NCBI GenBank assembly: GCA_046538485.1 | Contig: JBKHIT010000047.1 | Location: 1-39,137 of the forward strand | Direction of reading: 5' to 3' | Source of the DNA: Candidatus Brocadiia bacterium | GTDB lineage: Bacteria > Planctomycetota > Brocadiia > SM23-32 | DNA length: 39,137 bases | In this document: positions 9,126 through 18,440 of the stretch, piece after piece | Position numbering within the stretch: the first letter of the stretch is position 1 | How the letters are laid out: each line of letters begins with the position of its first letter | Made by a program: the position numbers and the translations under genes | The notes under the pieces: model-generated | What the model was told of the DNA's origin: nothing | What the model saw: the letters and a program-made list of their open reading frames with translations, nothing else | Databases searched by the model: none

Positions 9126-10865
9126 TCAGAACAATCCGACGACATTACCATCTTCATCGAGATCGACCTCTGCGTATGCCGGTTTGGACGGCAGGCCGGG
9201 CATGGTTCTCATCGTTCCGCACAGGGGGTAGATGAATCCGGCGCCCACGCTGGCGCGCACTTCCCGGATTGGGAGAATGAAACCTGTCGGCGCACCTTTA
9301 AGGGCAGGATCATGCGAGAGGGAAAGATGGGTTTTCGCCATGCACATAGGCAGATCGCCGAACCCGCTCTTTTCGAAGTTCTGGATTTGCTTCTCGGCCG
9401 TGGGAGAATAGTCCACACCGTCGGCGCCGTAAACTTCCCTGGCGATTGTCCCGATTTTCTCTTTGATCGATGCTTCGACCGGGTAGAGGAAATCGAAGTC
9501 CGATTCGGCCTCGCAGGCACCAACAACGGCCTCAGCAAGTTCGACGGCACCATCGCCTCCGTGCGCGTGATGATCGCTGACGGCGGCGTCGAATGCGCCG
9601 GCGTTCTTCGATTCTTTCACCAGATACTCGACCTCTTCATCGGTATCGGTGCCGAATCTATTGACGGCGACAACGACAGGGATCCCAAACTTGTTGGCGA
9701 TTTCGATGTTTTTCGCCAGGTTGCAGAAACCTTTTTCGAGAAGATCCATATTTTTTTCGGTGTAAGCGGGATCAAGGTCTTTCCCTGGCGATACTTTCGG
9801 GCCGCCGCCGTGCATTTTCAGCGCTCTGACAGTCGCAACAAGCACCACGGCATTCGGGATGATTCCGCTGTAGCGGCACTTGATATTGAAAAATTTCTCC
9901 ATGCCGATATCCGCGCCGAATCCCGATTCCGTCACGACGTAATCAGCCAGCTTCACCGCGATTTTGTCGGCGATAATGGAACTGTTACCGTGGGCGATAT
10001 TCGCAAACGGACCCGCATGCACAAACGCCGGCTGCCCTTCGAGGGTCTGCATTAGGTTGGGCATTATGGCGTCTTTCATCAAAACCGTTGCGGCTCCCGC
10101 CACTTCAAGGTCTTCGGCCGTCACCGGATTGCCGCTCTCATCATACGCCACGACGATTCTTCCGATCCTTTCGCGCATATCTTCCACGGAAGTGGCCAGA
10201 GCGAGAATTGCCATGATCTCGGAAGCGACGGTGATATCGAAGCCTGACTCTCGCGGGTATCCATCGCGGCTGTTGCCCAGTCCGACAATGATATTTCGCA
10301 GGGCGCGGTCGTTGATATCGACCACACGGTTCCAGCTTATGGAGTATGGATCAATATTGAGTCTGGATTTTCCACCAGAAAGTTTGTCCCATACTTCATC
10401 GGAGTAATTGCGTTCATGCATCATGCGGGTATCGATCGCCGCTGCAACGAGGTTATGCGCCGCGCTGATGGCGTGGATGTCCCCGGTGAGGTGAAGGTTG
10501 AAATCTTCCATTGGGACAACCTGCGAATAACCTCCGCCTGCAGCACCGCCTTTGATGCTGAAAGTGGGTCCCTGCGACGGCTGGCGGATGCACGTGAAGA
10601 CGTTTTTGTCGAGTTTCCCCATCGCCTGGGTCAGGCCGACGGTCGTGGTCGTTTTTCCCTCCCCGAGTGGTGTGGGAGTGATCGCCGTCACATCGATGTA
10701 TTTGCCATCGGGAGCATCTGACAGCCGATCGAGAATGTCCAGTTTCGTCTTGGCCTTATAGTCGCCGTAGAGAACCAGCTCATCCCGTTTGATGCCGGCT
10801 TGATCGGCAATTTCTTCGATCCTCTTCAATTCTGCTGCTTGAGCAATGTCAAGGTCGCTCTCCAC
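9126..10865 (-). CDS. fhs: Formate--tetrahydrofolate ligase
   Basis: [68 protein letters not shown] start with GGAGG. Confidence 0.97.
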   Translation of the reverse strand: MESDLDIAQAAELKRIEEIADQAGIKRDELVLYGDYKAKTKLDILDRLSDAPDGKYIDVTAITPTPLGEGKTTTTVGLTQAMGKLDKNVFTCIRQPSQGPTFSIKGGAAGGGYSQVVPMEDFNLHLTGDIHAISAAHNLVAAAIDTRMMHERNYSDEVWDKLSGGKSRLNIDPYSISWNRVVDINDRALRNIIVGLGNSRDGYPRESGFDITVASEIMAILALATSVEDMRERIGRIVVAYDESGNPVTAEDLEVAGAATVLMKDAIMPNLMQTLEGQPAFVHAGPFANIAHGNSSIIADKIAVKLADYVVTESGFGADIGMEKFFNIKCRYSGIIPNAVVLVATVRALKMHGGGPKVSPGKDLDPAYTEKNMDLLEKGFCNLAKNIEIANKFGIPVVVAVNRFGTDTDEEVEYLVKESKNAGAFDAAVSDHHAHGGDGAVELAEAVVGACEAESDFDFLYPVEASIKEKIGTIAREVYGADGVDYSPTAEKQIQNFEKSGFGDLPMCMAKTHLSLSHDPALKGAPTGFILPIREVRASVGAGFIYPLCGTMRTMPGLPSKPAYAEVDLDEDGNVVGLF

Positions 10866-10961
10866 CGTTCACCTCCGTAAAAAAAAAGCCTCTTGGTTCT
10901 TTCGCGGGAAGATCTTCCCGGCGCCATATAGCAGTTAGCAGGCGATACGTCAGAAGTCAAT

Positions 10962-10994
10962 ACACTACGTTCGCTGATTTATCATGTCAAATCA
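10962..10994 (-). promoter_or_regulatory. Putative fhs promoter with overlapping imperfect palindrome
   Basis: Minus strand TTGACA (10990-10985), 17 nt, TAGTGT (10967-10962); TGATTT-N8-AAATCA palindrome at 10975-10994 covers the -35. Confidence 0.5.
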
Positions 10995-11242
10995 AACGTT
11001 AATGCAATTCTCAAAAACTCGGATAGGGTTATTGCTCGAAACTTTTCGGGATACAGAATTGAGGGATCAGAACCATCTCGTCGCAATCGTACGTAAAATC
11101 GTTCAGGGCCCAACGTGGGACGAGAAGAGCAATATGGAAGAAAGCGGATGCCAACCACGATAAGCGCTGGTTCCGTTTCGAACCCGACAAAGGGATATGG
11201 ACGGAGATTCAAAAATAAGCCCCACGACCTTTGGCATATCGA

Positions 11243-12742
11243 TCACACCCCCACTTTCCCCGCCCACCCTTCAAACTTTGCTCTGAGCTTCGAAACCAGT
11301 TCCGGCTTCTCTTCGGCCAGATCATTAAGCTCGGTTCGGTCGGCTTCAATATCATACAGTTCCCACGGACTCCCCTGTTCCATCACAAGCTTCCATTTCC
11401 CGCTGCGGATGGCGTGGTTGCCTTCGTGCGCCCAGTGGAGCACTTCGTGGGGCTCACGGCTCCCGCCTTTAATCACCGGGACCACGCTCTTGCCTTCCAT
11501 GGGTTTGATCTCGTTGCCGTCGTGGAATTTCTCGGGATACGTCGCGTCGGCCAGTTCACAGAACGTCGGCATGAAATCAATGATATGGCCAACTTCGTCG
11601 GTCATGCTGCCGGGCTCCACATTCCCCGGCCAGTGGACAATCAGAGGCGTCGCAATTCCCCCCTCGTGAACCCAGTGCTTGTGACGCCGGAACGGAGTAT
11701 TGCTGGCGTTGGACCAGCTCAAGCCGTAACTCTCGTAGGAGTTGACGGTGCCGAGTTTGCCGCCTTCTCCGTCACGCCAATCGCCACCCAGCGGTCCGCC
11801 CTCGTGGCACGCGCCGTTGTCAGAAAGGAACATAATCAGCGTGTTATCGAACTTCCCTTTCTTCTTCAATGCATCGATAACGCGTCCGACTCCCTGATCC
11901 ATGCGATCGATCTGGGCGGCATAGATGGCCATCTTCCGTGCCATCTCTTCCTGCTTTTCCTCGGACAACTCACCCCAATCCGCCGCGTTTTCATCCGGTG
12001 GCGACAGCGGCCATTCGGGATCGATCAGGCCGGCCTCAATGAGGCGTTCGTAGCGTTCCTCGCGCAACGGCTCCCAGCCGTCCATGTAACGGTCGGCGTA
12101 CTTCTGGATATCCTCTGGCAGAGCATGCAGTGGCCAGTGCGGCGCGGTGTATGCCAGATACAGAAAAAACGGCTGATCCGGATTTTCGTGTTCCTCAATA
12201 CGTTCCACAGCGTAATCGCTGAACGCATCGGTCACGTAAAAATCGTCCGGCGGCGGCACGAATTCTTCGTTTTCTTTTGAAAAATGGCGTTTGATGCCGG
12301 GTCGTTTCGGTTTTGTGATGTCAAAATAATTCATCCCGCCGCTGACCAACCCGTAATGGCGGTCGAACCCGCGATCCATGGGCCAGTGCGGGTGTTCTTC
12401 TCCGATGTGCCACTTCCCCGACATGTAAGTGGAATATCCAGCATCACCCAACACCTCGGCCAGTGTAACGCATTCCCGGTTGAGATATCCCTGGTACGGC
12501 CCCGGTCCGTTCCCATGAACCATCCCCCCCATGCCGGCCTGATGTGGATGGAGTCCGGTAAGCAGCGATGCCCGCGTGGGACAGCATCTGGCGGCATTAT
12601 AGAAATGTGTGAAGCGCAGACCGCCCTCTGCGAGCGAATCCACATTGGGAGTATGAATCTCGCTGCCGTAACACCCGAGATCCGAGAACCCCATGTCATC
12701 GACCATAATCAAAACGATGTTCGGACGTTCCTTTTCACCCAT
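11243..12742 (-). CDS. Arylsulfatase (Cys-type, S1 family)
   Basis: PNIVLIMVDDMG, CCPTRASLLTG, GKWH, YTAPHWPLH, SDNG, HEGG; no signal peptide. Confidence 0.95.
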   Translation of the reverse strand: MGEKERPNIVLIMVDDMGFSDLGCYGSEIHTPNVDSLAEGGLRFTHFYNAARCCPTRASLLTGLHPHQAGMGGMVHGNGPGPYQGYLNRECVTLAEVLGDAGYSTYMSGKWHIGEEHPHWPMDRGFDRHYGLVSGGMNYFDITKPKRPGIKRHFSKENEEFVPPPDDFYVTDAFSDYAVERIEEHENPDQPFFLYLAYTAPHWPLHALPEDIQKYADRYMDGWEPLREERYERLIEAGLIDPEWPLSPPDENAADWGELSEEKQEEMARKMAIYAAQIDRMDQGVGRVIDALKKKGKFDNTLIMFLSDNGACHEGGPLGGDWRDGEGGKLGTVNSYESYGLSWSNASNTPFRRHKHWVHEGGIATPLIVHWPGNVEPGSMTDEVGHIIDFMPTFCELADATYPEKFHDGNEIKPMEGKSVVPVIKGGSREPHEVLHWAHEGNHAIRSGKWKLVMEQGSPWELYDIEADRTELNDLAEEKPELVSKLRAKFEGWAGKVGV

Positions 12743-12869
12743 TGGGTATGATCCTCAATTGTCTAAATCTTTTTCTCTTCACGAAACTGTGTCACGCTAA
12801 GACATACTTCTCAATAATACAAGTGCATTTGGTCGTGGTTTGACAGACCACGAAGTGGGCGACGCAGAG

Positions 12870-12918
12870 TTAGCCCGGTGCGCAGTCGCGCCGTTTTTTG
12901 GCGCGCAAGCTCCGGGTT
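12870..12918. repeat. REP-like TAGCCCGG...CCGGG hairpin with nested hairpin insert flanked by a GCGCA direct repeat
   Basis: ttagcccggt-gcgca-gtcgcgccgttttttggc-gcgca-agctccgggtt. Confidence 0.55.
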
Positions 12919-12968
12919 AGATCTTTCAATTGGGAGCGCCCCCCTGTCACCTTGCGTGACCAGGCGCC

Positions 12969-13088
12969 GGCCCGTGCCGGGTTGGCCGGCGGGTGAAGAA
13001 GATTCCCCGCCAGCGAACCAGCGGCTCTTGCCCTTGCAGTGAGTCTCGTCTCAATCTTCTTCACCCATGGGACAAGCCCGTGGGGCCC
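12969..13088. repeat. REPIN-like inverted repeat with perfect 14-bp arms
   Basis: gggtgaagaagatt (12991-13004) and aatcttcttcaccc (13053-13066) are exact reverse complements, each flanked outside by a GC hairpin. Confidence 0.7.
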
Positions 13089-13140
13089 GATGCGGAGTAG
13101 CCGCGGGGGGCGGAAGCCAGGAGGGAGGACGGTTCAGGAA

Positions 13141-13350
13141 CGCATGTGGTACAGGCTCTCCACCCTGTGGACCGGGGCGTGAGCCCCGGATTGGTTGTGA
13201 GGGCCAAAGTTTGGGAGCAGCCGCCGCCGCACCGCGTTCTGAACTCAGCCCCGCGCGAGCGGTTCTGAAGTCCAGTCCGCTCAAAAGACCCCACATGAGA
13301 ATCGAGTTCAGCTGAGCCCGCCAACAGCGGGCGAAACTGGACTTGAGGCG
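13141..13350 (-). repeat. Mosaic of modules R2 (13297-13350), R1 (13229-13281) and R3 (13141-13176)
   Basis: Each block is the reverse complement of a block in 6012-6455. Confidence 0.8.
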
Positions 13351-13505
13351 GAATTTCAAGTGAAAATAGTGATCTTCTGAAATCGCCTTCAGACGTTCTT
13401 TGTCACAGCTTCGGTCCTTCCTTTTCGCTTGTTTCAGTATTGCTAACACCAGAGTCCGAAATCCCTTGTGTCCCTTCAGTCCCTTTACGCCAAAACGATA
13501 CAGCT

Positions 13506-14864
13506 CTACGGCTCACTCTTGTCGGCCCCTTTTTCAAACGGCACGTAAAGAGGATCCCCGACGAGTATCATCCGCCAGCTGGTGTGGGCGATGCTGGTCC
13601 AGTATGTTTCTCCCATGGACCAGCCAGAATACAGACGCGAGAAGAAGTGTGGGGTATGCGGGAATGCCTGCAAATAGGGTTCCGCGACCGGTCCAATCGT
13701 CACCGTGACGCCATCGCGGAGGAAACCGGAGCACCACGGCATATTCTCTCCTTCTTTCCCCCATTTGGCGCGATGGATATTTGCCGCTTCGAAACTCGCA
13801 ATGTGGCACGCAATCGCCCCCGTCGGGAAACTGTTATTGAAAATTTTGCCGTTGTATTTGAACGGGTGGTAAAATCCCCAGTAAATCAGTGCATCAGGGC
13901 ACTCGCCGGGGCCAAACATCCCACCGTTCGTATTGCGTATGGTCTTTATGCCCGCCTTTTTCGTGATTTCCCAGGCCCGGCGTATCCACCAGTCCCCCAC
14001 ACCGTACCCTTTTTTCTTTTTACCTTCGCTTCGAGCATCAAAATATGCTGTCCCCGAGACGCCTTCCTTTTCAGCTTGGACCGCTTTATCAACAAGTCCT
14101 TTTGCATTTTGGGCCGAAAGCCCATCGATTCTGGCGACCATATAGAGCAAACTCGGTTCTTCGTCGGCCAATTGCTGCTGACGAAACGTCCGAAACGGGA
14201 TTGACTGAGCGAAGTACGGATTTTTCGATGGTCCGTTCAACCGCTGGCGCCGTCCGTAGCCACACCGAGCATTTTCCGGGGGTGCCGGCTCGAACAAAGT
14301 TGCCAGTTCACTGTCAAAAGCGCTGTTAGCACGCCATAGGTTCCGTTTTCGTTTCTCAAACATCTCTTCTTTCTTTTCCGGGGAAGCCTCCCGGTACGTT
14401 TCCTCGGTCATGAGCTTCCGGACCAGTTCTGTCTTTTCTTTTTCTGTAAGTTCAAAGCCACCGACGCGGTATGGCGTACCGTAAACAGTTACGAAACAGA
14501 GGATCTGCTGCCGCCACCCCTTTTCTTCAAGAAGTTGTTCGAGTGGTTCGACTACCTCATCCCGGAACCGATCGAACGGAAACCATTTTGGATTCTGATC
14601 CATCGGCGTCAGTTCGCCGAAATCCTCATACTGGATCGTGAAAATGTGATCTTTCGGAATCCCGCGCGTTTTCATGTAATGGCGAGCCACTTCCATCGAA
14701 TCGTCCGAGGCCCGGTTCGCAAGAACAAGCACTTCATCCGGCCGGAGTCTTCCCGGTGCCCGCCCGTTTCTTTCGCCTGCCCACAGACATTTAAGAGCAC
14801 CATCAAGGCAAATGGCGGCAAGGAAGAAATATAGCAAAAATGTGCACGTTTTATTTTGCGCCAT
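13506..14864 (-). CDS. TIGR03790 family exported protein
   Basis: Signal/anchor peptide; PDEVLVLAN..SMEVARHYMKTRGIP, AFDSELA, MVARIDG, IACHIASFEA, GPVAEPYLQAFP, VGDPLY. Confidence 0.85.
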   Translation of the reverse strand: MAQNKTCTFLLYFFLAAICLDGALKCLWAGERNGRAPGRLRPDEVLVLANRASDDSMEVARHYMKTRGIPKDHIFTIQYEDFGELTPMDQNPKWFPFDRFRDEVVEPLEQLLEEKGWRQQILCFVTVYGTPYRVGGFELTEKEKTELVRKLMTEETYREASPEKKEEMFEKRKRNLWRANSAFDSELATLFEPAPPENARCGYGRRQRLNGPSKNPYFAQSIPFRTFRQQQLADEEPSLLYMVARIDGLSAQNAKGLVDKAVQAEKEGVSGTAYFDARSEGKKKKGYGVGDWWIRRAWEITKKAGIKTIRNTNGGMFGPGECPDALIYWGFYHPFKYNGKIFNNSFPTGAIACHIASFEAANIHRAKWGKEGENMPWCSGFLRDGVTVTIGPVAEPYLQAFPHTPHFFSRLYSGWSMGETYWTSIAHTSWRMILVGDPLYVPFEKGADKSEP

Positions 14865-14867
14865 TGT

Positions 14868-15983
14868 TCACTTGATCGGAGATAGCTCTTCCCATACGTC
14901 AAGAAGGCGCATGTAATTGCGGTATTCGCGCTCGGTGACGGCGGGCGTAGGGCCTTCGGTCGGGCGGAGCACAAAACGTTGTTTGCCGCCTTTGAAAGCA
15001 TCCCGGACCGCCTGTTCGACCGTATCTTCGTCCTCGTTGCAGAGAACGCGGGCTTCGATATTCCCCCCGAGCGTTATGCGCCCCGCTGCCATTTCTTTCG
15101 CTTCTTCCATCGTAATATCGCCGTCAGGTGGCGGTTCGACGGGTTCGGTATAATCCGCTCCTCGTTCAATCATCCGCTGCAATGCGTGCCGCACGCATCC
15201 ATGACAATGCACATGGACAAGAGCTTCCGTATTTTCGTGCAGGTAGGAGATGATGCTTTCCTCCGGCCCCTGCACATACTTATCGTACATATCCGGAGAT
15301 CCCATAGGGGGAGTCACCCATTCACTGCCCCCCATCCAGACGTATTCGATGCCGGGTTGCTCAAAAAGCCCTTTCAATAAGTCGAGGATACGTTGTCGGC
15401 AAATATCCGTCAGCTCAAGGATCAGATCCTCCTCCGTGTAGGCCAGTTCCAGGAACCACTGATAATCCATCATCGCTGAGACGCAGACCATGGGAGACGA
15501 AACATGCGTGGCAGCAATGCCGCGGCGCTCGAAATCTTCCGGCGCCTCATCCAGATCGATCGGTTTCAAATCATCGGCCCGCTCCCAGGGCACGGATGCG
15601 ATCTTCTCAATATCTTCCTTGTTCTCGACGGGATATTTTTCCTGCCAGGATGTCCGAGCATTTGCGTCCCATTGCTTTACCGCTTTCAGTTCCCCTTTGG
15701 GCGTGTCGATATACTGCATAATGCGCACATTCCCGTTGTTCAGTTCCTCCCGCTCGGACCTCATCCGCTGAGGAGGTGTTACCAGGTAGCGATTGACATA
15801 ACTGGGAACGCAAAAGCGGTAGGTTGTTTCATCGAATATGCGTTCTGCAATTTCGCGTTTCCGGGGGTTTTTGAGTTCTTCAAGTTCTTCTCGACTCGTG
15901 TAATGGAATCCCTGAAGAAACAATGGGACCCGATCAGCCGGTTTGCCCTGTAAAGCATTCAGTAAACGTTCTCTTGGATACAT
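14868..15983 (-). CDS. Uroporphyrinogen decarboxylase / MtaA-CmuA superfamily protein
   Basis: PRERLLNALQGKPADRVP, TPKGEL, HCHG, EPPPDGDI, LGGNIE; stop lies 3 nt before the TIGR03790 start. Confidence 0.85.
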   Translation of the reverse strand: MYPRERLLNALQGKPADRVPLFLQGFHYTSREELEELKNPRKREIAERIFDETTYRFCVPSYVNRYLVTPPQRMRSEREELNNGNVRIMQYIDTPKGELKAVKQWDANARTSWQEKYPVENKEDIEKIASVPWERADDLKPIDLDEAPEDFERRGIAATHVSSPMVCVSAMMDYQWFLELAYTEEDLILELTDICRQRILDLLKGLFEQPGIEYVWMGGSEWVTPPMGSPDMYDKYVQGPEESIISYLHENTEALVHVHCHGCVRHALQRMIERGADYTEPVEPPPDGDITMEEAKEMAAGRITLGGNIEARVLCNEDEDTVEQAVRDAFKGGKQRFVLRPTEGPTPAVTEREYRNYMRLLDVWEELSPIK

Positions 15984-16241
15984 ATACTCTGCCCTTTTCT
16001 TACATGTAAAAAATGGTTAAAGTCTATGATATTCCCTCTGGCTGTGAAATATCAATCCAAAAAAATTTGCGCTGTGAATGATTTCGCTGTTTGATAACCT
16101 GGCTTGGCTTGAGTTTGCCACCGACTCCCGAAAAGAGCCGCGCGCAAATTCCTCTTCTCCGTGTTGTTGTTATCCCAGGATATACCTCGCACACAATAGA
16201 ATCGGGCCGGGATCGGCCGTTCGACGCGAAAGTTTCTCCGC

Positions 16242-18401
16242 TCAGTTACACCTGGGTGCAATTTGGATCCGGAGGACGACCGGCTTTTCAGACGGAAGAT
16301 CGATCTGACGATAGCAATCGCCCAATGGCGAGGTTGCAACGGACACCGCGGGGTTTTTACATTGTATATCTTCGACTGGCCGAGGAAGACGCACACTGAC
16401 TGTTTTGCTGTTCTGGCTGCACAGTTCGACGGTAACCGCCCCCCTGCTCTGATCCCATTCCAGCGCTACTGTCACCTGGCCACGGCACGCGATACGTCCC
16501 GCTCGACCCGTCTCCCAGCGTTCAGGCAAACCCGGCAGGATTCGTATACAGTCCGGCGTTGAGACGACCAGCATTTCCAGGATAGCCGCCGACATTCCAA
16601 AATTAGCGTCGATCTGGAAAGGTGGCGCCCCAGGCCATGCCAGCGACAGCCCCATACCTCGCCAGTCGTTGTGGTAGGTCAAAAGATTGGGACCGGTCTC
16701 CGCCCGCATCAAAATGTCAAGGCACTCCACCGCCCGTTCCGGCTGGGCCAGACGAGCGTAAATATTCGCCATATGGGCCATAGACCAGCCGGTCTGACTC
16801 GTGAGATCGATGACCAATCGTTTTTCTACGGCTACCCCGCAGGCGTCAAAAAGTTCGGGATCCGATTCCGCCGTCAACTCCAACCCCGGGAACACCGGAT
16901 ACAGATGCGACTGATGGCGGTGATGACAGTTGTCAGGAAACTCGTCTCCCAGCCATTCGGCCAGCGCCCCGTCTTCATTGACCTGATAGGCGGGGACCCG
17001 CGATAGGATGGCCTCACAGCGGTCGAATATGTCGTTTTTATCTCCCAGGATCTTGCAGCAATTACGGAGATTCGTCAGAACTTCCCGGCAGATGGCCAGA
17101 TCCATTGTGGCGTTGATGGTCACCATAGTGCATCCGGGACGATTCGGGATGTTCTTTGGCGAAAGAGACGGACAGAATTCCAGCTGACCGTTCTCGTCCT
17201 CGCGCAGAAAATCCTCGTAAAACTCCAGACACCATTCCAGCCAGGGAAGAACGCTGGATTGCAGCACATCGGTATTCCCCGTGAACTCGTAATAATCGTA
17301 GAAATGTTGCCCCAGCCACCCCGTCGCACCGGTCCAGTAAGTCCAGGTCGAGGCCCGCGCCAGAGCATTTTGGTCTGAACGATCGGCAGCAATATTCCAC
17401 TGGCGCCATAGAGTTTCCGCGCGTTTTCCCGATAATCGTCCATGAAAGACATGTAATGATACATTCGTTCGAGAAGAGCATCGGGCACGTCACCATCGTA
17501 GGCCTCCGCCAGCAGATCTTCGTTGGGTGTTTCCGGATCATCCCCGTCTTCGAGGGTGATTCGGCAGCGGTTGAAAATGTTCCCATGGGATTCAGCATGG
17601 GGCTTCAGCAAAGTCTCGTAATCGTCCGGCAAGTCGTCCAATTCACCACGTAGCCGCGTGAGGGCCGACTCAGCGTCCTCGTCGGCAAAGACCTTTATGA
17701 GAACCGCTATCTCTTCGACATCAGTAACCTGAAGGCGCCCGTCCGATGCGTCTTCAGGTTCCTCGAACTTGCCGCCCGGCGCAATCACACGTCCGACGAG
17801 ACCGTATTTCAGTCCGGTACCGGTTTCCCCGGTGAGCCAGAAATGGTCTTGATCGTTTCCGTTAACGGTTGAAACCGGCAGCCCGGACGATTTGCCGGCC
17901 TGCCCGCCCTGTTCGCCCATCGCGCTCTTCTGCTTCGCTTCAGCAAGCTGTCTTTGAGCTTGCCCGAAGCGGTCTTGCGGAGAAAACGAAAACGATCCAT
18001 CGTGTCCAGGCTTCGGCGGTCGTGAAATCGACCCCGCGGCGGTATCTTTCGAAGATCCCTCCCGGTCGGTTGAAATCCAGATGCACCCAGCCAAGGGGCA
18101 AATAAGGATCCGGCCGGCGCCCCGCTCCGTCCCGTTCTGTCATGGCATTCGGGAACAGGTTTCTCGCTTCTTCGTATTTGCCCTCATGCAACAACCGACA
18201 CAATTCATCCCGCAGATCAGAAATGTCCGCGATGTCGGGTCGAGGTCGTCGGCGCCAGAAACATTCGTGATTGAACAGTATTTGTTCATTCCGTATATGG
18301 CCGTACAGCATCGCTCCGATCAAGCCGTTGCCGACAGGACATCCGTCCTGCCAGCGCATCGCCGGCTGCCGGAGCATCATCCCACACTTTTCATCGTTCA
18401 T
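16242..18401 (-). pseudogene. GH95 alpha-L-fucosidase-like pseudogene (frameshifts and internal deletion)
   Basis: N-terminal PVGNGLIGAMLYG..NHE, C-terminal HRHQSHLY, TGWS, FQIDANFG split over several frames; RYLLISSSR..NxN segment missing; SPE motif reads SPK. Confidence 0.85.
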
Positions 18402-18440
18402 CTGCAGTTTTAACCGTTCTGTCCGGTCAATTTGTCTCCC

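Noticed and set aside
9096..10055. Long antisense ORFs (also 11231-12280, 23161-24606, 26852-28003, 29631-30569)
   Set aside because: Shadow frames opposite well-supported genes, expected from codon bias in GC-rich DNA
7981..10865. Wood-Ljungdahl/acetogenesis island
   Set aside because: fhs and hypAB alone are insufficient; no acsB, cooS, folD, metF or fdh in the window
10866..11240. ZTP (pfl) or THF riboswitch upstream of fhs
   Set aside because: Consensus elements not recognisable by eye; only generic hairpins seen
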